Origin: Prochlorococcaceae cyanobacterium
Lineage (GTDB): Bacteria; Cyanobacteriota; Cyanobacteriia; PCC-6307; Cyanobiaceae
Direction of reading: 5' to 3'
Assembly: GCA_049664045.1 (NCBI GenBank)
Contig: JBATEO010000058.1
Location: 7,997 to 71,996 of the forward strand
Length of the DNA stretch: 64,000 bases
The position numbers and the translations under genes were made by a program. Below are positions 58,442-64,000 of this stretch, in pieces (within the stretch, counting starts at the first letter, position 1; every line of letters begins with the position of its first letter). Under the pieces are notes generated by a model. The model did no database searches, was not told the DNA's origin, and saw only the letters and a program-made list of their open reading frames with translations.

Positions 58442-59961
58442 GGACGACGCCAGACCAGCCCGTCGTCGGCAAGCAGGTTGTCGGCGGCGGCCGGCCCCCA
58501 GGTGCGGGCCTCGTAGGGGTGCACAGGAAGCTGCCAGGGAGAGTCCTCGATCAGCTCGAGCAGGGGGGTGTAGAGCCGCCAGGCGGCCTCCACCTCATCG
58601 CTGCGGGTGAACAGGGTGGGGTCGCCGAGCATGGCGTCGGCCAGCAGGCGCACATAGCCCTCGTCGCTGGGTTCCCCGAAGCTCTCGTCATAGCTGAAGG
58701 CCATATCCACCGGGCGGCTGCGCATGCCCGACCCGGGTGCCTTGACCTCGAAACGGATGTTCGCCCCCTCATCCGGTTGGATGCGCAGGATGAGCTGGTT
58801 GGGGGTGGGGGCGCCGCCGGCCGCGTCGAAGAGGTGCACCGGCGCCTCGCGGAAGGTGAGCACCACCTCGCTCAGCCGCTTGGGCAGCCGCTTGCCGGTG
58901 CGCACATAGAACGGCACCCCCTGCCAGCGCCAGTTGTCGATGAACAGCTTCATCGCCACGTAGGTCTCCGTGGTGCTGTTGGGATTCACGCCGGGCTCCT
59001 GGCGGTAACCGGGGATCGGGCTGCGACTGCTGCCACCGGAGCCGTACTGACCGCGTACGCAGCATTTCCAGGGCTCCCCCTGGCTGGCCAGCCGGGCGGC
59101 CTGCAGCACCTTGGCCTTCTCGTTGCGGATCGCCTCGGCGTCGAAGCGCCCGGGGGGCTCCATGGCCGTGAGCGCCAGGATCTGGGTGAGGTGGTTCTGC
59201 ACCATGTCGCGCAGGGCGCCACTGGTTTCGTAGTAGCCGGCCCGTTCTTCCACACCCACCGTTTCCGCCGCAGTGATCTGCACGTTGGCGATGAAGTTGC
59301 GGTTCCAGACCGGCTCGAAGATCGTGTTGGCGAAGCGCAGCACCAGGATGTTCTGGACTGTCTCCTTGCCGAGGTAGTGGTCGATCCGGAAGATCTGCTT
59401 CTCCTTGGCGCTGGCCTGCACCACCTTGTTGAGCGCCTGGGCGCTGGGGTAGTCGGTGCCGAAGGGCTTCTCGATCACCACGCGGCTGCGCTCCGGGTCG
59501 GAAAGCAGACCGGCGGCGGCCAGGGCACGGGTGCCGCTGCCGTAGAAGGCCGGCGACACCGACAGATAGAAGGTGCGGTTGCCGCGGGTCGCGCGCTGGC
59601 GGTCGATCTGCTCGAGCCGATGGCCCAGGGCCTGGATCGAGGCCGGGTTGGAGAGATCGGCAGGCTCGTAAAACAGGCCCGCGGCAAACGACTGCCAGGT
59701 GTGGCCATGGCCCTCGATCGTCTTGCCGAGGGCCTCGGCCATGCGCGTGCGGAACTCCTCATCGCTCCAGGGGCGCCGGGCGCAGCCCAGCACCGCAAAT
59801 TCGCTGGGCAGGCGGCGCTGGCGGAAGAGTTCGAACAGGGCCGGGATCAGCTTGCGGTGGGTGAGGTCACCGCTGGCCCCGAAGATCACGATGCACTGGG
59901 AGGGAATGATCCGCTCCTGCCGCAGGCCGACCCGCAGAGGGTTGGTGAACACGGCGGTCAT
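58438..59961 (-). CDS. zwf: glucose-6-phosphate 1-dehydrogenase
   Basis: The ATG at 59961 gives MTAVFTNPLRVGL…IFGASGDLTHRKL. Also EKPFG and the active site RIDHYLGKE. Confidence 0.97.
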   Translation of the reverse strand: MTAVFTNPLRVGLRQERIIPSQCIVIFGASGDLTHRKLIPALFELFRQRRLPSEFAVLGCARRPWSDEEFRTRMAEALGKTIEGHGHTWQSFAAGLFYEPADLSNPASIQALGHRLEQIDRQRATRGNRTFYLSVSPAFYGSGTRALAAAGLLSDPERSRVVIEKPFGTDYPSAQALNKVVQASAKEKQIFRIDHYLGKETVQNILVLRFANTIFEPVWNRNFIANVQITAAETVGVEERAGYYETSGALRDMVQNHLTQILALTAMEPPGRFDAEAIRNEKAKVLQAARLASQGEPWKCCVRGQYGSGGSSRSPIPGYRQEPGVNPNSTTETYVAMKLFIDNWRWQGVPFYVRTGKRLPKRLSEVVLTFREAPVHLFDAAGGAPTPNQLILRIQPDEGANIRFEVKAPGSGMRSRPVDMAFSYDESFGEPSDEGYVRLLADAMLGDPTLFTRSDEVEAAWRLYTPLLELIEDSPWQLPVHPYEARTWGPAAADNLLADDGLVWRRP

Positions 59962-60078
59962 GAACGGACTCTCCCCGGATCTTGTTCGATCAGACCCAGG
60001 CTGCCTGGCAGCGCCGCGCAGGGGTGGCGGTTGATCGGGGCTGTGAGGAAACAAGCACCGTGGAACTGATCACGCTGA

Positions 60079-62022
<1,944 letters not shown>

Positions 62023-62237
62023 TCAGCCAACGCTGAACCTCAGCCCGATTGGCCACCGGCGATGGAGTCCCGACCGTTGAGGCACGGCGGCTGAGATTCG
62101 CCTGTTGAGACTCGCCCGTGCTGCCAGCCGCTCTGGTTGGATTCTCCCGACCTTCTTATATCGCGACACAGGGTTCGCGATACAAGAGAAGGATGAACCA
62201 TGCAATCCCGAACGTACTGACGGAACTGATGTCTGGA

Positions 62238-62310
62238 TACCCCCAAGGGGATTCGAACCCCTGTCGCCTCCGTGAAAGGGAGGTGTCCTAGGCCTCTAGA
62301 CGATGGGGGC
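62238..62310 (-). tRNA. trnE: tRNA-Glu (anticodon UUC)
   Basis: The reverse strand reads GCCCCCATCGTCTAGAGGCCTAGGACACCTCCCTTTCACGGAGGCGACAGGGGTTCGAATCCCCTTGGGGGTA. It folds as a cloverleaf with a 7-bp acceptor stem (G1-U72 wobble), anticodon loop CTTTCAC and T-loop GGTTCGAATCC. It closely resembles plastid/cyanobacterial tRNA-Glu. CCA is not encoded (TCCA follows). Confidence 0.93.
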
Positions 62311-62415
62311 GAGGCCACGGCTCAGGGTCACTCCATGCGGCACTCGGTCTGAGGCCTGCTGGGGGACTGGCGGCACCGGATCCGGGATCTGGGCCGTTGC
62401 GCCGATGAGTGGACG

Positions 62416-63597
62416 CTACGGGCCTGGGTGTCCCTTCGTCAAGGCAGCGGGCCCCTGGCCGCACCACACCGGCACGGTCACGTGAAAGCAGGCCCCTTCC
62501 CCGGGTTCCGAGACCACCCAGATGCGTCCGCCGTGCACCTCGGCGATGCGCCGGCACACCGACAGTCCCACGCCATAGCCGGAGGTGGTGCCAGAGGTCT
62601 GGGGCAGTCGGACGCGGTCCTGGAAGATGCGCTGCTGCTCGGGCGCCGGAATGCCGGGGCCGCTGTCGCACACGCTCACCTGCACCCACTGGCTGGTGCG
62701 GTGCAGCAGCGCAAGGCTCACCCTGCCGCCATCAGGGGTGTACTTGAACGCGTTCTCCAGCAGGTTGAGCAGCACCTGGCGCATGCGCCGCCCATCGGCG
62801 TAGACATCGGGCAGGTCGGCGGGGATGTCGGTGACCAGCCGCAGATCGCGGCCCACCCAGAGCTTCTCGAGTTCCAGGATCGTCTCGGCCGCCACCGGCC
62901 CCAGGCTGAGGCGCTGGGGGTTGAAGAGGGCCTCCCAGCGGGTGGTGCCCACTTCCAGCAGATCCTGCGACAGGGCCTCGATGTCGTTCAGGCGACGCCG
63001 CAGCACATCCTTGAACCGATGCACGTCGATCTGGCCGAGCTCATGGCTCTGCAGAGCCAGCTTGCTCGCCGTGAGCGGGGTGCGCAGTTCGTGGGCCACC
63101 ATCCGCAGCAGGCGCTCCTGCACCCCCAGACGTTCGATCAGCGCCTCGTTCTCCTGGCGCAGCACCAGCAGCTGATCCTCCAACTGCAGCTCGCGGCGGC
63201 TGCGACTGCCGTCGATCTCAGGCGGCTGCAGGCTCATGCCCAGGCCGCTCACCACCTGCTCCTGCTGCCAGCGCGGCAGCCAGCTGCGCAGCTGCTGGGT
63301 GATGGTGCTGCCCGCGAACATCTGCCTGGGCCCCGGCGCCAGTTTCACCAGGGCCGGGGTGGCCACCAGCCGGTGCAGCTCCAGCAGCTCCGGCTGCCGG
63401 CAGGGATCGGCGATGGTGAGATTCACGGCAAACCCGAGCTCATCGCTCTTGAGCAGCTGCAGCAGGTTGCGCAGATCCGGGCTGGCCAGGTGACGGCTGG
63501 AGGCCAGCAGCAGCAGCTGCATGGTCTGGCGCGGGTCCGGGTCCCGAACACCGTCCTCGGGACCGGAGGGAGCGTTGCCGGCGGCTGTGGGCTTCAC
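62416..63597 (-). CDS. sasA: adaptive-response sensor histidine kinase SasA (KaiB-like N-terminal domain)
   Basis: 393 codons from the GTG at 63597; an alternative ATG lies at 63522 (MQLLLLASS). The KaiB-like segment is …[39 protein letters not shown]-box is [11 protein letters not shown] and N-box is [13 protein letters not shown]-boxes are DSGPGI and GYGVGLSV. Confidence 0.85.
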   Translation of the reverse strand: MKPTAAGNAPSGPEDGVRDPDPRQTMQLLLLASSRHLASPDLRNLLQLLKSDELGFAVNLTIADPCRQPELLELHRLVATPALVKLAPGPRQMFAGSTITQQLRSWLPRWQQEQVVSGLGMSLQPPEIDGSRSRRELQLEDQLLVLRQENEALIERLGVQERLLRMVAHELRTPLTASKLALQSHELGQIDVHRFKDVLRRRLNDIEALSQDLLEVGTTRWEALFNPQRLSLGPVAAETILELEKLWVGRDLRLVTDIPADLPDVYADGRRMRQVLLNLLENAFKYTPDGGRVSLALLHRTSQWVQVSVCDSGPGIPAPEQQRIFQDRVRLPQTSGTTSGYGVGLSVCRRIAEVHGGRIWVVSEPGEGACFHVTVPVWCGQGPAALTKGHPGP

Positions 63598-63653
63598 GCG
63601 ATCACCCTATGGGCAGGGCGCCCGCGGCGGCAGGCCCCGGTCCATGCAGCAGC

Positions 63654-64000
63654 ATGGAGCCAGCCTTCCGCTGGAGCCCCCGCTTGTACCTCCCGGGTCT
63701 GCCCTTCAAGGCCGCCGCGCTGGGCATCCCGCTGCTGCGCTCGCTGCTGGCCGCCGCTTGTCTGGTGCCGGGCGGCTCGGCCCTGGCGGCACCGGCCACC
63801 CAGGCCGAGATGGAGACGTACACCAGCCTGGCAGCCCTGAACGTCTGCATCGCACGGGCTTCCGGGGTCGAGTTCGAGCGGGCGGTGGGGGTGGCTGCCG
63901 AAACCATCACCCGGTGGATTCAGGACACCCACCAAAGCGCCATCGCGCCGGTGTCCGCCAGCCCCCTCAGCCTGGAAGACCTGCGCAGAGGAGCCGTCAA
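63654..64000 (+). CDS. hypothetical exported protein, N-terminal part (open at the window end)
   Basis: Not in the track. My translation from the ATG at 63654 is MEPAFRWSPRLYLPGLPFKAAALGIPLLRSLLAAACLVPGGSALAAPATQAEMETYTSLAALNVCIARASGVEFERAVGVAAETITRWIQDTH… It shows very high third-position G+C, a signal-like N-terminus and no stop before the window end. Confidence 0.45.
   Translation, partial: MEPAFRWSPRLYLPGLPFKAAALGIPLLRSLLAAACLVPGGSALAAPATQAEMETYTSLAALNVCIARASGVEFERAVGVAAETITRWIQDTHQSAIAPVSASPLSLEDLRRGAV

Noticed and set aside
56409-60069. ORF 56409..58472 (-), 687 aa, and ORF 58408..60069 (+), 553 aa
   Set aside because: They are alternative-frame or antisense shadows of cbiA, opcA and zwf, all of which carry clear family signatures. 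The shadow products are R/P/G/A-rich.
62023-62318. ORFs 62023..62205 (-) and 62040..62318 (-)
   Set aside because: The second reads straight through the tRNA-Glu gene. Both lie in the lower-G+C spacer and show no coding bias.

Overview
This is a high-G+C chromosomal segment; my hand counts of ordinary flanking sequence give about 70% G+C. It comes from a cyanobacterium, most likely a Synechococcus/Cyanobium-type picocyanobacterium. That inference rests on gene content: petC-petA, psaF-psaJ, petG, a cytM-like cytochrome, HLIP, chlI, crtL, crtE, petH with a CpcD-like N-terminus, zwf-opcA, sasA and a CAAD/CURT1-like protein. I call about 62 protein genes at very high density and one tRNA-Glu(UUC). 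I see no rRNA, no CRISPR, and no transposase, integrase or phage genes. Same-strand neighbours often overlap by 0-11 nt, which suggests translational coupling. Eight convergent pairs overlap at their 3' ends. Because of the G+C content, the six-frame track is full of long shadow ORFs. I called a gene only where the product shows recognisable family motifs, or strong third-position G+C bias, and fits between its neighbours. Several starts are non-ATG (the track prints GTG/TTG starts as M) and are flagged as uncertain. The window is overwhelmingly housekeeping, and I did not find a convincing novel multi-gene system. The most unusual items are listed here. (i) A ~1 kb low-G+C insertion (54.39-55.35 kb) encodes a leaderless protein built from seven 22-25-residue GND-x-I-x-G repeats. 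(ii) A stand-alone ParB/Srx-fold protein sits between folD and crtE. (iii) A PgpH-like 7TM-HD phosphodiesterase is translationally coupled (TGATG) to a PGM1-like ATP-grasp ligase. (iv) An alpha-acetolactate-decarboxylase-like protein with a CARDB-like tail is chained between gyrA and crtL. (v) A Dda/RecD-like SF1 helicase is coupled to crtE and a divergent PAP2 gene. (vi) Several architectural oddities: rsmD reads antisense through all of petG, the gyrA and DUF39 start codons overlap head-to-head, and a G-rich 390-nt spacer carries CTGCGA repeats. All family assignments come from motif recognition by eye and memory, not from searches.
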